From NCBI GenBank assembly GCA_033852075.1, contig JAWSVC010000012.1, positions 25,788-89,787 on the forward strand: a stretch of DNA of 64,000 nt, given 5' to 3'. Positions 1 to 11,659 of the stretch are shown here, piece after piece. Below the pieces are notes generated by a model. The model was not told the origin of the DNA, did no database searches, and saw only the letters and a list, made by a program, of their open reading frames with translations. Numbering within the stretch: the first letter of the stretch is position 1; each line of letters opens with the position of its first letter. This DNA comes from Gammaproteobacteria bacterium (GTDB lineage: Bacteria; Pseudomonadota; Gammaproteobacteria; QZLD01). A program made the position numbers and the translations under genes.

Positions 1-1
1 T

Positions 2-2485
2 TATATTTTTAGAGGAGATGGCTATATGCCATTTCATCCAACAATTCAGGGTATTAATGCAACCCAATTAAAAAATCCTGAGACTGGAAATAGTATTATT
101 GCCGATTTAAAGGCAGCGGCTCATTTGCCAGGCAAAGAGCTTAACTATCTTTGGGATAGGCCGGAAGATAAAGGTAATTATATATACAGGAAAAGTAGCT
201 TTATCTCATATTATCAGCCGTTAGATTGGTATATAGCAAGCTCCCTTTATTTAGACGATCTTAATACATTTATAGAGCCATTTATTAGTAGGGCATTAAC
301 TATATTCATAATATTTGTATGTATTACAGTTGTTATTTCGTTGATTATATCAAGAATGGTAACAAAGCCAGTTAGAGATCTTGTTAGTGTGGTGAAGAAT
401 ACTGACGAGGATGGAATTCCTTTGGGTGAAATGCCAGAGGCCAAATCAGTAGAAGGAGCTGTGTTAATTGATGCAATTAAAACAATGATTACAGCAGTAA
501 GTCATTCACGGTCTAATTTAGTTGAAACAGTTAAAAAATTCCGTGGATTGGTAGAATCACTAAGTGATGTTATGTGGGAGTTGGATATACATGGGAAAAC
601 TTCATATATTAGTCCAAAGGTTTTTGATTCTTTGGGTTATACACCGGAAGAGCTTATAGGAAAGCGACTATATGAATTAGTTGAAACGTATGATACTGAA
701 AGATTTAAATTATTAATGCAGCAAGTTTATCTTGAACAGCAATCAATAAATAATCTTATAGTTAATTTTAATCATAAAGATAATAGAAGGATAATAATAG
801 AGTTATCAGCTTATCCTTATTATGATGAAAATGAAGAATTTTGTGGTGTAAGAGGTATTAGTAGGGATATAACAGATAAGATAAAGCAGGATAGAGAACT
901 AAGAGAAATAGAAGAAAAATTTAAATTGTTAACAGACCAACTTATTCTTGGAACATTAATTATTCAAAAGGGTAAAATTGTATATTGCAATGATGCAGTG
1001 CTTAATATTTTTCAAGTTACGAAGAATACTATAGAAAGTCTACAGCCATATGAATTATTGAAATTTGTCCATTCTGACGATAAGAATTTTATATCGGATC
1101 TATTAAAGCAGAGAGAGGGAGGTTTTGATGGTTTAACGAATAATGAGTGGAAGATGGTAAATGATAATGGAGAAATAGGCTGGGTTGAAACATGGGCAAA
1201 AACAGTATGTCTTGATGGTGAATCAGCTGATTTTATTCTTATACATGACATATCACAAAAGAAAAAAGCTGAAAATGAAGTACAACAGTTGCGGAATTAT
1301 CTAATAAATATTATTGACTCTATGCCATCAATAGTTATTGGTATAAATCTTGATGGGGAGATAACTCTATGGAATAAGACTGCAGAAACAAGAACAGGAA
1401 TAAGCTTTGAACAGGCTAAAGAAAAACATATAAATGATGTAATTCCGGAAATGTCCGAATTAGCTGTAGAGATAGAGCAAAGCATTCAAAAGCAAGAGGC
1501 AACAAGATCTAAACGCTCGTATATAACAGAAAATAAAAATATTGTAGAAGAGATAACAGTATTTCCTCTGACATCAAAGGGGTTTGAAGGGGCTGTAATT
1601 CTGATTGATGATATATCTGATAAGGTCAAAATTGAAGAGATGATGATTCAGAATGAAAAAATGCTCTCGATTGCTGGATTAGCAGCCGGCATGGCTCATG
1701 AAATAAACAATCCGCTGGCAGGTATGATGCAAACAGCTAGTGTGCTTGCTAACCGGTTAGTTAAAAGAGTTGATATGTCACCTAATCAGTTAGCAGCGAA
1801 ATCTTGTGGTACAACTGTTGAAACAATTAAGTGTTTTATGGAAGCGCGAGATATTCCGAGAATGCTGGAAAAAATAATTGAATCAGGAAGTAGAGCAGCC
1901 TTGATTGTTAATAATATGCTCTCCTTTTCAAGGAAAAACAGTGAGTCTATAGCTTCAACCAATATAGAGGATCTTATAGAGACGACTGTAAATCTAGCGC
2001 AAACAGATTATAACCTGAAAAAACAATATGATTTTAAACAGATAATAATTGAAAGGGAATATCAAAAAGCCCTTCCCTTTTTATACTGTCATCAAGCAAA
2101 AATTCAACAGGTTATCTTTAATTTGCTTCGTAATAGTGCACAGGCAATGCATGCTGCAAAAATCGATAACCCAAAGATTACAATTCGCGTATATATAACG
2201 GATAAAAAAGAAGAGATACAAAAACTAAGCATAGAAGTTGAAGATAATGGCCCTGGAATTCCGGAAAAAATACGCAAAAGAATCTTTGAACCCTTTTATA
2301 CCACCAAACCAGTTGGAGAAGGGACTGGTTTAGGGTTAAGTGTTTCCTATTATATTATTGTAGACGAGCATGGAGGGGAGATGCGTGTTATCTCTGCAGA
2401 AGGCAGAGGGGCAAAGTTTCAAATATCTTTACCATTGGTGCCAAGAAAAAGCAGTATGTATAACAAAAGCAGAATTAATAGCTAA
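2..2485 (+). CDS. Cache/HAMP/multi-PAS sensor histidine kinase (5'-truncated by window edge)
   Basis: Frame is open from base 2 (YIFRGDGY-MPFHP, Cache-like). TM helix and 3 PAS domains, H-box [15 protein letters not shown]-box [14 protein letters not shown]1 EDNGPG, FEPFYTTK, G2 GTGLGL. Confidence 0.92.
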   Translation, partial: YIFRGDGYMPFHPTIQGINATQLKNPETGNSIIADLKAAAHLPGKELNYLWDRPEDKGNYIYRKSSFISYYQPLDWYIASSLYLDDLNTFIEPFISRALTIFIIFVCITVVISLIISRMVTKPVRDLVSVVKNTDEDGIPLGEMPEAKSVEGAVLIDAIKTMITAVSHSRSNLVETVKKFRGLVESLSDVMWELDIHGKTSYISPKVFDSLGYTPEELIGKRLYELVETYDTERFKLLMQQVYLEQQSINNLIVNFNHKDNRRIIIELSAYPYYDENEEFCGVRGISRDITDKIKQDRELREIEEKFKLLTDQLILGTLIIQKGKIVYCNDAVLNIFQVTKNTIESLQPYELLKFVHSDDKNFISDLLKQREGGFDGLTNNEWKMVNDNGEIGWVETWAKTVCLDGESADFILIHDISQKKKAENEVQQLRNYLINIIDSMPSIVIGINLDGEITLWNKTAETRTGISFEQAKEKHINDVIPEMSELAVEIEQSIQKQEATRSKRSYITENKNIVEEITVFPLTSKGFEGAVILIDDISDKVKIEEMMIQNEKMLSIAGLAAGMAHEINNPLAGMMQTASVLANRLVKRVDMSPNQLAAKSCGTTVETIKCFMEARDIPRMLEKIIESGSRAALIVNNMLSFSRKNSESIASTNIEDLIETTVNLAQTDYNLKKQYDFKQIIIEREYQKALPFLYCHQAKIQQVIFNLLRNSAQAMHAAKIDNPKITIRVYITDKKEEIQKLSIEVEDNGPGIPEKIRKRIFEPFYTTKPVGEGTGLGLSVSYYIIVDEHGGEMRVISAEGRGAKFQISLPLVPRKSSMYNKSRINS

Positions 2486-2519
2486 ATAATTAGGCTTTAT
2501 AAAGGGAGGGCATTAAACT

Positions 2520-4904
2520 TTGATAAAATCTACTGTAAAAATTAGGGACTCAATTGCGACACGATTGATGCGGATCGTTTTTGTCTTCTATGTTATTTTT
2601 GCAGTTATCATAACAGCCATTCATATGGTTATTGAATATAACTATCAAAAGGTTGATGTGAACGACTCACTTATAGAGTTTCAACCATCTATTCAATCAA
2701 CTATCGCAATGAATATCTGGCACATGGATGATATTTCTCTTAGTGAGACAATGCAGAGCATTGTTAAAATTCCTACGATAGTCGGTATAACTATTACTGA
2801 TGAAAACGATGCGTTAATTGCAGCGCAAGGTGTTATAGCCGATGTCGATGTTTATGGCTTGGTTGATTTACAGATTGATTTTTTAGGCATAGGAAAACAA
2901 AAGTTAAAATCATTATCGGCTAAACGATATAGATTGGATGTTTTTAAACATGAATTTCCAATCTTTTATGATCATGGCAGAGATAAAAGAGAGTTAGGAA
3001 AGGTTTCTTTGTATTCAAGTTCGTCTGTAATTTTTAAAAGAGTAAAGGTTGAGTTTATATTATTAGTGATTAACGCCATATTAAAAATCATAGCCCTGTG
3101 GTTTTTCTTTTTATACATATCAAATAAGTTACTTAGAAAACCTCTTTCGCTTATAGCCGATACTGCCGAAAAGGTTAATATTAATAATCTTGCCGATGTA
3201 AATATATCTCTAAACTCGTCTAAAAAAGATGAGCTAAAAGTTATTGAAGAATCATTTAATGGAATGATTAAAAAGTTATCTGATTCATTAACAAAGCAAC
3301 GAGAGGCTCAGGAACAGATAGTTGAACAAAAGAATAGGTTTGAAGCACTGGTGGATAATATACCCGGTGTAACTTATCGGTGTAAATATGATAAAGAAAA
3401 TACAATGCTTTTTGTTAGCGATGAAATTTCCAGATTATCTGGTTACTCTGATGAAGAGTTTCTTAATGGGGTTAGAACATATAATTCAATTATATATATT
3501 GAAGATACTGCTTTAGTTGAAAGAACTATTCAAAAGTCATTACACAAAAAGTCCAACTTTGATATTGAGTATCGTATTACTAAAGCAGATGGGGCATTGT
3601 GTTGGGTGAATGAGAGAGGTAAATGTATTCTAGGTACCAATGATAATGTGAAATATATCGATGGGGTAATAGTTGATATTAATGAAAGAAAGTGTGCCGA
3701 ATTTGAAGTTAGAAAGTTAAAGAAATATCTTGCAAACATTATTGATTCAATGCCTTCCTCTTTGGTAGGTGTTGATGCTGATATGAAGGTGACGCAGTGG
3801 AATAAGACAATTGCTGATGCAACGGGAGTATCAGAAAAAAATGCATTGGGGCAGGAGTTTCATAAGCTTCTTCCCCACCTTGAGGCTGAGATAGATAAAA
3901 TTTCCGAAAGTATTAAAACTCGGACAATTCTTGCTAATGAAACTCGTAAAAATACTTCAGGTGATACTACCAAATTTGAGGATGTAACTATTTATCCTCT
4001 TATCGCAAATGGTGTTCAGGGAGCAGTAATAAGGATTGATGATGTTACCGATAAGGTACATATAGAAGAGATATTAATTCAAAGCGAAAAGATGTTGTCT
4101 GTTGGAGGATTAGCCGCCGGCTTTGCTCATGAAGTAAATAATCCTCTTGCCGGTATGATGCAAACTATACATGTAATGTCGAATCGGTTAGTGGAAAAAC
4201 CTGATATGCCTGCAAACGTAAAAGCAGCAAATGAGGTTGGTACAACAACAGAAATAATAGCCAAATATATGCAATTGCGTGAAATACCGCGAATGATAGA
4301 CACAATAATCTCAGCAGGTAATAGAGCTGCCTCAATTATCTCAAATATGCTTAGTTTTGCACGTAAAGGAAATAGTGAAAAAATTCAGGAAAATTTAAAT
4401 CAATTGATAACAAATACTATTGAGCTAGCGGTTACTGATTACAATATAAAAGGTCATTATGATTTTAAAAAGATAAAAATAATAAAAGATTTTTTAAAAG
4501 AAGAATTATACGTATGTTGTGATAAATCCCAGATACAGCAAGTTTTGCTAAACCTAATGCGTAATTCAGCTCAAGCCATGCATGAAGCTGTAATAAATTC
4601 GCCATCCATTACATTACGAACAAGCTATGATTCAAATAGCGAAATGGTTTTGATTGAAATCGAAGATAATGGTCCGGGAATGGATGATGAAACGGTTAAA
4701 AGGATTTTTGAACCATTTTTTACAACAAAATCAGTTGGTGTTGGTACAGGCCTTGGGTTAAGTGTTTCATATTTTATAATAACAGAAAATCATAGTGGTG
4801 ATATGTATGTGACGTCCGAACCAGGAAGAGGCACAAAATTTACAATTAAATTACCTTCTCAATGTTCGCTAGATAAAAAACCGGCATCTCGTCAAAAAAG
4901 TTAG
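2520..4904 (+). CDS. Membrane HAMP/PAS sensor histidine kinase
   Basis: 2 TM segments, HAMP, PAS-PAC, PAS. H-box [33 protein letters not shown] start after GGGAGGG. Confidence 0.92.
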   Translation: MIKSTVKIRDSIATRLMRIVFVFYVIFAVIITAIHMVIEYNYQKVDVNDSLIEFQPSIQSTIAMNIWHMDDISLSETMQSIVKIPTIVGITITDENDALIAAQGVIADVDVYGLVDLQIDFLGIGKQKLKSLSAKRYRLDVFKHEFPIFYDHGRDKRELGKVSLYSSSSVIFKRVKVEFILLVINAILKIIALWFFFLYISNKLLRKPLSLIADTAEKVNINNLADVNISLNSSKKDELKVIEESFNGMIKKLSDSLTKQREAQEQIVEQKNRFEALVDNIPGVTYRCKYDKENTMLFVSDEISRLSGYSDEEFLNGVRTYNSIIYIEDTALVERTIQKSLHKKSNFDIEYRITKADGALCWVNERGKCILGTNDNVKYIDGVIVDINERKCAEFEVRKLKKYLANIIDSMPSSLVGVDADMKVTQWNKTIADATGVSEKNALGQEFHKLLPHLEAEIDKISESIKTRTILANETRKNTSGDTTKFEDVTIYPLIANGVQGAVIRIDDVTDKVHIEEILIQSEKMLSVGGLAAGFAHEVNNPLAGMMQTIHVMSNRLVEKPDMPANVKAANEVGTTTEIIAKYMQLREIPRMIDTIISAGNRAASIISNMLSFARKGNSEKIQENLNQLITNTIELAVTDYNIKGHYDFKKIKIIKDFLKEELYVCCDKSQIQQVLLNLMRNSAQAMHEAVINSPSITLRTSYDSNSEMVLIEIEDNGPGMDDETVKRIFEPFFTTKSVGVGTGLGLSVSYFIITENHSGDMYVTSEPGRGTKFTIKLPSQCSLDKKPASRQKS

Positions 4905-5011
4905 GTGACTGAAATGGCTAAAACAGAAGGTTGTCTTCGTATAAAATTAAGAATCACAAATATGAACTAATTGATAGTGAATAGGTAAAACTATAAGGCA
5001 GATAGCAATCA

Positions 5012-7282
5012 ATGAAAACGATATTTAAGGAAACTAGTATAAAAAAATATCTTGGTTTTTCCTTGATGGCGCTTGTTACGCTGCCAATTATTATAATTGG
5101 AATAATTGGTATAACAATATCATCTTCTGCACTGGAGAAACAAATTATAAACTTTGATCATACTCATATGCATCATATTGAGGGTTTGGTTAAACAACAG
5201 CTTAAATCGCCATTAAGCGATTTGTTAATTATTTCTAATGCCATTTCTGGTTCTGAAGAAGATGATTTGGATAGTATTCAAAAAGTGATTTCAGCAATAC
5301 AAGTACAACAAAAGCATTTATTTAGAGTACAGGTTTCAGATAGTAGAGGTCGTGTTGTTGCTGTAGCTCCTTTTGAAAAAAATATTATTGGGCTTGATGT
5401 GTCAGGACATGATTACTTTGTTAAATCCCTTAGATCAAATGAGGTGTTTTGGGGGGCATCTTTCTTGCCCGAGGGGGCAAATATCCCTTTAGCTTCAATT
5501 ACAAAAAGACAAGATAATTACATTGTAACCGTTTTCTTATCATTGAAAGAGTTGCCTGTATTTAAATCTTTAGCTAGTAGAAATTATCTAGAAGGTTCTT
5601 TAGTTAGTACAAGGCGGCTAACTATTACTGATCAGGAGGGCACATTCATATATCATCCAGATGCAAAAAAAATTCTAACTCGAAGTTATGATGTTAATTA
5701 TGTTCCTGATTTAAAATCCTATAATGGAAAAATTTCTGTTAAGAATAAAATAATAGATGGTGTTGAATATATAGTAAATATTGCATTTATACCTGAAACA
5801 AACTGGAAGATCGCATTATATACTCCACTAAGTGAACTGCGCATACCAATTACCAAACTTATGTTTTTAATAATTGTTATTACAATTATTGTAAGCATTA
5901 TAGCTTTGATTATTTCTATCCATATAAGTAATAGATTTAATGATGCCTTAAATAAATTGATAATAATTAGTGATGCTATTGGTAAAGGGGAATATGAAAT
6001 TGCTCCTGATGAAAAAAATCCTTCGCAAACCAAATTTCTTGAGTTCAATCAATTGGCAAGCTCATTTAGATATATGTCAACCAAGGTTAAAGATAGAGAG
6101 TATAAAATTACCCAAGTACAAAGCTATCTTTCAAATATAATGGATTCAATGCCATCAATAATTATTAGCGTGGATCCCAATTTGTTAGTTACACAATGGA
6201 ATAATGCGGCAGAAGCAGCTTCTAAGGTTACATTGCAAGAGGTATATGGAAAAAGACTTGTAGATGTATTTCCGCAAATTAAAAGTGATATCTACCTTAT
6301 CAAAGAAAGTATTGAAAATAGAAAAGCAGGGTATTTGCGCAAGAAATTCTTAATAGAATCAAAAAATCTTAAGTATCAGGATATTTTTATATATCCGCTT
6401 ATTGTTGGAGATTTACATGGTGCGGTAATCCGGATAGATAATGTTACGGAAAAAGTACTAATGGAAGAGATGATGGTTCAAAATGAAAAAATGCTGTCTA
6501 TAGGTGGATTAGCAGCAGGTATGGCACATGAAATTAATAATCCTTTAGCAGGAATGATGCAAACTGCTAATGTGATGAGTAATAGACTCGTTGATAAGTT
6601 AGATCTTCCTGCGAATAAACGAGCGGCTGAAGAAGCTGGTACAACAACAGAAGCAATTTATAAGTATATGCAGTCCAGAGATATTCCTCGTATGCTTCAT
6701 ACCATTAAAAAATCAGGAAAACATGCTGCAGAAGTTGTGTCTAATATGCTCAACTTTGCTAGGAAGACGGATCATAGTAAATCCATTGTTAGCGTACAGG
6801 ATTTAATTGAAAAAACTCTTGAGCTTGCTGTTACTGACTATGATATGAAAAAGGAATATGATTTTAAACAGATAAAGATTGAAAAAGAGTTAAATTCAAG
6901 CGCACCTTCTTTACTTTGCGAACAAACAAAAATCCAACAGGTTTTATTGAATTTATTACGCAATAGTGCGCAAGCGATGCAAGAAGCATGCATTAAAGAC
7001 CCGGTTATTTATATTAGGTTAAAGACATCTGATGATGGCGAGTTTATCATTATTGAGATAGAAGATAATGGTCCGGGAATGGATGAAGAAATATCAAAAA
7101 GAATCTTTGAACCGTTTTTTACAACGAAAGGTGTTGGCAAAGGTACGGGTCTTGGATTAAGCGTTTCTTATTTCATTATTAAGGAAAATCATGGTGGTGA
7201 AATAAGTGTAACATCGGAAAAAGGTATAGGAACTAAATTTATAGTATCACTCCCAGTGAAAGGTATTAAAGATGGGCAATAA
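5012..7282 (+). CDS. dCache/HAMP/PAS sensor histidine kinase
   Basis: TM-dCache-like region ([21 protein letters not shown])-TM-HAMP-PAS, H-box AHEINNPL, HATPase boxes. Confidence 0.92.
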   Translation: MKTIFKETSIKKYLGFSLMALVTLPIIIIGIIGITISSSALEKQIINFDHTHMHHIEGLVKQQLKSPLSDLLIISNAISGSEEDDLDSIQKVISAIQVQQKHLFRVQVSDSRGRVVAVAPFEKNIIGLDVSGHDYFVKSLRSNEVFWGASFLPEGANIPLASITKRQDNYIVTVFLSLKELPVFKSLASRNYLEGSLVSTRRLTITDQEGTFIYHPDAKKILTRSYDVNYVPDLKSYNGKISVKNKIIDGVEYIVNIAFIPETNWKIALYTPLSELRIPITKLMFLIIVITIIVSIIALIISIHISNRFNDALNKLIIISDAIGKGEYEIAPDEKNPSQTKFLEFNQLASSFRYMSTKVKDREYKITQVQSYLSNIMDSMPSIIISVDPNLLVTQWNNAAEAASKVTLQEVYGKRLVDVFPQIKSDIYLIKESIENRKAGYLRKKFLIESKNLKYQDIFIYPLIVGDLHGAVIRIDNVTEKVLMEEMMVQNEKMLSIGGLAAGMAHEINNPLAGMMQTANVMSNRLVDKLDLPANKRAAEEAGTTTEAIYKYMQSRDIPRMLHTIKKSGKHAAEVVSNMLNFARKTDHSKSIVSVQDLIEKTLELAVTDYDMKKEYDFKQIKIEKELNSSAPSLLCEQTKIQQVLLNLLRNSAQAMQEACIKDPVIYIRLKTSDDGEFIIIEIEDNGPGMDEEISKRIFEPFFTTKGVGKGTGLGLSVSYFIIKENHGGEISVTSEKGIGTKFIVSLPVKGIKDGQ

Positions 7283-7658
7283 ATGTAGGAAATTGATAGT
7301 AGTAGATGATGAGGCATTTGTTAGAGATAGTTTTGTTGACTATTTTGAAGATTGCATGTGGCAGGTTGAATTTGCAGAAAAAGAGGAGGATGCCTTAGAT
7401 ATTATACGATCAAAAGATATTGATTGTGCAATAGTAGATATTAGGATGGGTGGCATGGGTGGAGATCAGTTTATAAGAGAGGCTGATAAGATTAAACAAA
7501 ATATAGCCTTTGTTATTTGCACAGGATCTCCTGAATATGAAATGCCGGATGATATTTCAGCCATGAAAAATGTGTCTAATGAGGTGTTTTCTAAGCCAGT
7601 TAGTGATCTAGAAAAGCTTGAAAATACATTAAATGACATTGCAAATAGATTGTCATAG
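7272..7658 (+). CDS. Single-domain response regulator (receiver)
   Basis: VVDDE, VDIRM (phospho-Asp), CTG, FSKP motifs; overlaps the upstream kinase by 11 nt. Confidence 0.9.
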   Translation: MGNKCRKLIVVDDEAFVRDSFVDYFEDCMWQVEFAEKEEDALDIIRSKDIDCAIVDIRMGGMGGDQFIREADKIKQNIAFVICTGSPEYEMPDDISAMKNVSNEVFSKPVSDLEKLENTLNDIANRLS

Positions 7659-7700
7659 TATTTATGGCAGACAAAATAACTATATAGAAACTGGTGTGGT

Positions 7701-9029
7701 ATGAGCGAATCTCCGATAACAGTACTTGCAATTGATGATGATGATTATATTCGTCAAAGTTATCTAGATTGCCTTGAAGACTATGAATACAAAGTGCTTA
7801 CTGCTGAAAATGGTAGAGTTGGTCTTGAAATATTCAATGAAAATAAAGATTTGATAGATATTATAATTGTTGATTTAAGGATGCCAGAAGTTGATGGATT
7901 TGAAGTGCTTGCGCGCGTGAAAGAAACAAAGCCAGAAATGCCCATTATTGTTGTTTCTGGAAATGGAATTATAAAGGAAGCTGTTCAGGCCTTACACCAA
8001 GGCGCATGGGATTATATTTTAAAGCCAATTGAAGATTTTAGTGTATTGATTCATGCTGTAGATAGTTGTCTTGATAAAGCCAGGTTAATAAGAGAGAACA
8101 GAGAATACCAAGAAAATCTAGAGGTTATGGTTAAAGAGAGGACAGTTGAATTAAATTTAGCAAATGAGGAGCTAACAAAGCACAAATTGCATCTACAAGA
8201 GCTTGTTGATGAAAGAACCTGTGAGCTTAATGAATCCCTTGATAGACTTAATAAAACCAAAGATTGTTTGATTCAATCTGAAAAAATGGCGGCATTAGGT
8301 GGTTTAGTAGCAGGTGTGGCGCATGAGATAAATACTCCTGTTGGTATTGGTGTTACTGCTGCCTCACATTTGAACGGCGAAACAGAAAAATTCTTGAAGG
8401 AATATAAAGAAGGAGAAGTAACCCGTTCAGCATTCGATAACTTTTTAAAAACAGTAACTGAAATATCCAATATGATATTGGTAAATATGAATAGAGCTGC
8501 GGATTTGATTCAAAGTTTCAAGCAGGTTGCTGTTGACCAATCAAGCGATTCACTTCGCGAATTTAATATTAAGAAATATCTTGGTGAGATATTTTCAAGC
8601 CTTAATCCAAAATTCAAAAATAAAAATATCGAGATTAATATTGATTGTGACGATCAATTAACTATATATAGTTATCCGGGGGCAATTTCTCAAATTATTG
8701 CAAACCTCGCATTAAACTCACTAGTACATGGATTTGAAGATATTACAGATGGAAAAATTACTCTTTCGGTTGTAGTAAGTGGTGAAAACTTAAAATTTAT
8801 CTATTCAGATTCTGGAAAAGGTATATCTGATGATAGTCTTTCCAAGATATTTGATCCTTTTTTTACCACTAAAAGGGGTTTTGGCGGGAGCGGTCTTGGA
8901 TTACATATAGTATATAATTTGGTTGTTCAAACCTTGAGTGGAAGTATAAGTTGTCAATCCCGGATTGGGGAAGGAACGACTTTTATAATACAGATTCCTT
9001 ATCAAGCACGCCAAATTATTCAACAATAA
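7701..9029 (+). CDS. REC-coiled coil-histidine kinase hybrid
   Basis: N-terminal receiver (IDDD, VDLRMP, KP), H-box GLVAGVAHEINTP, DSGKG, FDPFFTT, GSGLGL. Confidence 0.92.
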   Translation: MSESPITVLAIDDDDYIRQSYLDCLEDYEYKVLTAENGRVGLEIFNENKDLIDIIIVDLRMPEVDGFEVLARVKETKPEMPIIVVSGNGIIKEAVQALHQGAWDYILKPIEDFSVLIHAVDSCLDKARLIRENREYQENLEVMVKERTVELNLANEELTKHKLHLQELVDERTCELNESLDRLNKTKDCLIQSEKMAALGGLVAGVAHEINTPVGIGVTAASHLNGETEKFLKEYKEGEVTRSAFDNFLKTVTEISNMILVNMNRAADLIQSFKQVAVDQSSDSLREFNIKKYLGEIFSSLNPKFKNKNIEINIDCDDQLTIYSYPGAISQIIANLALNSLVHGFEDITDGKITLSVVVSGENLKFIYSDSGKGISDDSLSKIFDPFFTTKRGFGGSGLGLHIVYNLVVQTLSGSISCQSRIGEGTTFIIQIPYQARQIIQQ

Positions 9030-9050
9030 TCCACTATAAGGGTAAAAAAA

Positions 9051-9758
9051 TTGTGGAGTCAAACTAATCTGGGAAAATATATAATTGATCTTGAATCTGA
9101 GCAAATTAATCAAGAGATCAATAAATTACCCGGAGTTAACATATTACAGCTTGGAGCAATTCGAGGTACAAGCTGGCTTAATTTAAATCGTAGGTGCTCT
9201 ACATATGTTTTAGATCTTCCTGAACGTTGTGATAACTGTTGTGCGATTTTTGGAAAGTTTGAATCTTTACCCTTGCAGCCAGAAAGCATGGATATAGTTA
9301 TTTTAAGACACACCTTAGAGGCAACTAAAAAACCGCAAGAAGTTTTGCATGAGGCTGAAAGGATATTATCACCAGATGGCTATATTGTGATCTCTGGTTT
9401 TAACCCCTACAGTTTATTTGGAATTATGCGATTATCAGAAAAATATTCAGTTTCAGGAGCATGGGAAGGTAGGTCAATATCAATCGGCAGAATCAAAGAT
9501 TGGTTTGCTGTATTGGGATTGGATTTAACTGTTGATAAGCAAGTAAGGTTTAACCATAAAATAGTAAAAAAAGAATATGGGAATCGATTTGAATTTTTAG
9601 GGGATTTAGCAAATTTTAGCCTAAGTTTTAAATCTGGAGTATACGTGCTAATGGCTAGAAAAAGAACTATACCATTAACATTGCAGAGAGCTAATTGGGA
9701 TCAGAAATCAAAAAATGTATCCACCCCAATTCAGGCCAGTTCAAAAGTAAAAAGTTAG
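9051..9758 (+). CDS. yafS: Class I SAM-dependent methyltransferase, YafS-like
   Basis: LPLQPESMDIVILRHTLE, GFNPYSLFG motifs; conserved position upstream of rnhA. Confidence 0.8.
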   Translation: MWSQTNLGKYIIDLESEQINQEINKLPGVNILQLGAIRGTSWLNLNRRCSTYVLDLPERCDNCCAIFGKFESLPLQPESMDIVILRHTLEATKKPQEVLHEAERILSPDGYIVISGFNPYSLFGIMRLSEKYSVSGAWEGRSISIGRIKDWFAVLGLDLTVDKQVRFNHKIVKKEYGNRFEFLGDLANFSLSFKSGVYVLMARKRTIPLTLQRANWDQKSKNVSTPIQASSKVKS

Positions 9759-9821
9759 TAATAACTTGTTTTTGGTTGTTCTCTCAGGGCATAATTCAAT
9801 TTCTGATATCAAGGAAATTTA

Positions 9822-10259
9822 ATGACTGAAATTGTAGAAATATTTGCTGATGGAGCCTGTAGAGGTAATCCTGGTCCGGGTGGTTGGGGTGCATTATTGC
9901 GTTTTAAAGGAGTCGAAAAGGAACTCTACGGAGCAGAACCCGAAACAACAAATAATCGCATGGAGCTTACCGCCGTTATAAAAGCACTGGAATCAATGAA
10001 AAGACCATGTTCTATCAACATTACTCTTGATTCTAAATATGTTCTTGATGGAATCCAAAGCTGGATTGAAAACTGGAAGAAAAAAGGGTGGAAAACTGCT
10101 TCGAAAAAACCAGTTAAAAATGAAGATCTTTGGAAACAACTGGATCAGTTAATCCAACAGCATGAAATACAATGGAACTGGGTAAAAGGGCATAGTGGTC
10201 ACGATGAAAATGAACGGGTAGATCAACTAGCAAATAAGGGAATAGATGAACTGTTATGA
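9822..10259 (+). CDS. rnhA: Ribonuclease HI
   Basis: [34 protein letters not shown]. Confidence 0.98.
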   Translation: MTEIVEIFADGACRGNPGPGGWGALLRFKGVEKELYGAEPETTNNRMELTAVIKALESMKRPCSINITLDSKYVLDGIQSWIENWKKKGWKTASKKPVKNEDLWKQLDQLIQQHEIQWNWVKGHSGHDENERVDQLANKGIDELL

Positions 10260-10302
10260 TGCGAAGTGGAGAGGGAATATTCCAAGACAGGAGAATAGTT
10301 AA

Positions 10303-11016
10303 ATGAGACAGATAGTACTAGATACAGAAACTACGGGAATAGAAATATCTCAAGGCAATAGAATACTTGAAATTGGTTGTGTAGAGATGATAAACCGTAG
10401 AATAACTGGTAATAACTTTCACGTTTACATCAATCCTGAAAGAGCATCTGAAGAAGGCGCATTGCAAGTTCATGGAATAACAGAAGAATTTCTTGCAGAT
10501 AAACCTCTGTTTAGCGAAATCGCAGATGAATTTATCCAGTTTATCGATGGTGCACAGCTGATTATTCATAATGCACCGTTCGATGTTGGTTTTATAAATC
10601 ATGAATTCAAATTGCTTAATTCAGATATAGGAACAGTAGCTGATTATTGTACCGTGCTTGATACGTTGGAAATGGCAAAAAAGAAATTTCCGGGACAAAA
10701 GAATAATCTTGATGCGTTATGCAGACGCTATGAAATAGATAATTCTAAACGTACATTGCATGGAGCATTACTCGATTCTGAAATTCTGGCTGATGTTTAT
10801 TTGGTTATGACAGGTGGTCAGGTGAGTCTTTCGCTTTCAGCAGATGGATCAGAAGAGAGCGAAGATGGTACACATATCGAAAAATATACGCCTGTTAATC
10901 GAGAAGGATTAACCTTCAAGAAGATATATGCAACAGATGCTGAAATACAGCAGCATAAGCAATATTTGGATTTAATAGCAAAGAAAAGCGGTGGTGAAGC
11001 TGTTTGGAGACGGTAA
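10303..11016 (+). CDS. dnaQ: DNA polymerase III epsilon subunit
   Basis: LDTETTG, HNAPFD, LHGALLDSEILADVYL. Confidence 0.98.
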   Translation: MRQIVLDTETTGIEISQGNRILEIGCVEMINRRITGNNFHVYINPERASEEGALQVHGITEEFLADKPLFSEIADEFIQFIDGAQLIIHNAPFDVGFINHEFKLLNSDIGTVADYCTVLDTLEMAKKKFPGQKNNLDALCRRYEIDNSKRTLHGALLDSEILADVYLVMTGGQVSLSLSADGSEESEDGTHIEKYTPVNREGLTFKKIYATDAEIQQHKQYLDLIAKKSGGEAVWRR

Positions 11017-11203
11017 CTATATTTTGTTATGTGATTTTATTTTGATAAAGATATTAAACTAATTAAATATTACAATGATTTCATCTTTGTGAGATTCTTA
11101 ACATATTTCAAATATTACTATTTACGATTTTCTGATACACGTCTCATTTTTGATAATTAGGAGCTAACCTAATTTTTCATTAATGTATATTCTCTATTTA
11201 TAG

Positions 11204-11383
11204 CTAATTATAGGTGTGTGGGAAGTTACACCATGCGCTGAGCGGATAAAGGCTTTCTGAGTAGGTAATCCTGCTCTTGATATCGCGATTAACGGTAATC
11301 GACAGATAGTGCAACAGCTCCGGTTGCCCGAACAATACCAGGTTGTGTTTTTTATGGAAGCGATCAAACAGCAACCTTTTCAT
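11204..11383 (-). pseudogene. Fragment of an ExeA/GspA-like (transposon-associated) AAA ATPase, 59 aa, not in the ORF track
   Basis: Manual translation gives MKRLLFDRFHKKHNLVLFGQPELLHYLSITVNRDIKSRITYSESLYPL...; LVLFGQPEL...IKSRI matches the post-Walker-B sensor/Arg-finger region of ExeA-family ATPases. No Walker A/B; GC is higher than the flanks. Confidence 0.6.
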
Positions 11384-11550
11384 ATTTAAACTTATATTAT
11401 AAAAATATAACTTAACTTAGAGGTGCAGGGTTTTCTATTATTTATATGGCCAGGCAGGGAGAGTAAAGTGAATCAAATAGGCAATGAGCACTGAAATATT
11501 GAAAAAACGATTCAATTGACATTTACTTTAATGCTCAGATTAAAAATAAA

Positions 11551-11630
11551 TTTCCATTCAAATATTGCGTATTTGCTTAATGAATGGAAAAATTCTAAAT
11601 AACATTGATATATTGCTTATTTCCATTCAT
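11551..11630. promoter_or_regulatory. Operator-like repeats TTTCCATTCA x3 (forward/inverted/forward)
   Basis: TTTCCATTCA 11551-11560, TGAATGGAAA 11581-11590, TTTCCATTCA 11620-11629, just upstream of the ATG at 11660. Confidence 0.55.
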
Positions 11631-11659
11631 AATTAAAATTATAGAAAAAGAAAGGAAAA

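Noticed and set aside
11210-11380. GC-richer patch after dnaQ first considered as a tRNA or ncRNA
   Set aside because: No tRNA features; better explained as a minus-strand ATPase coding fragment.
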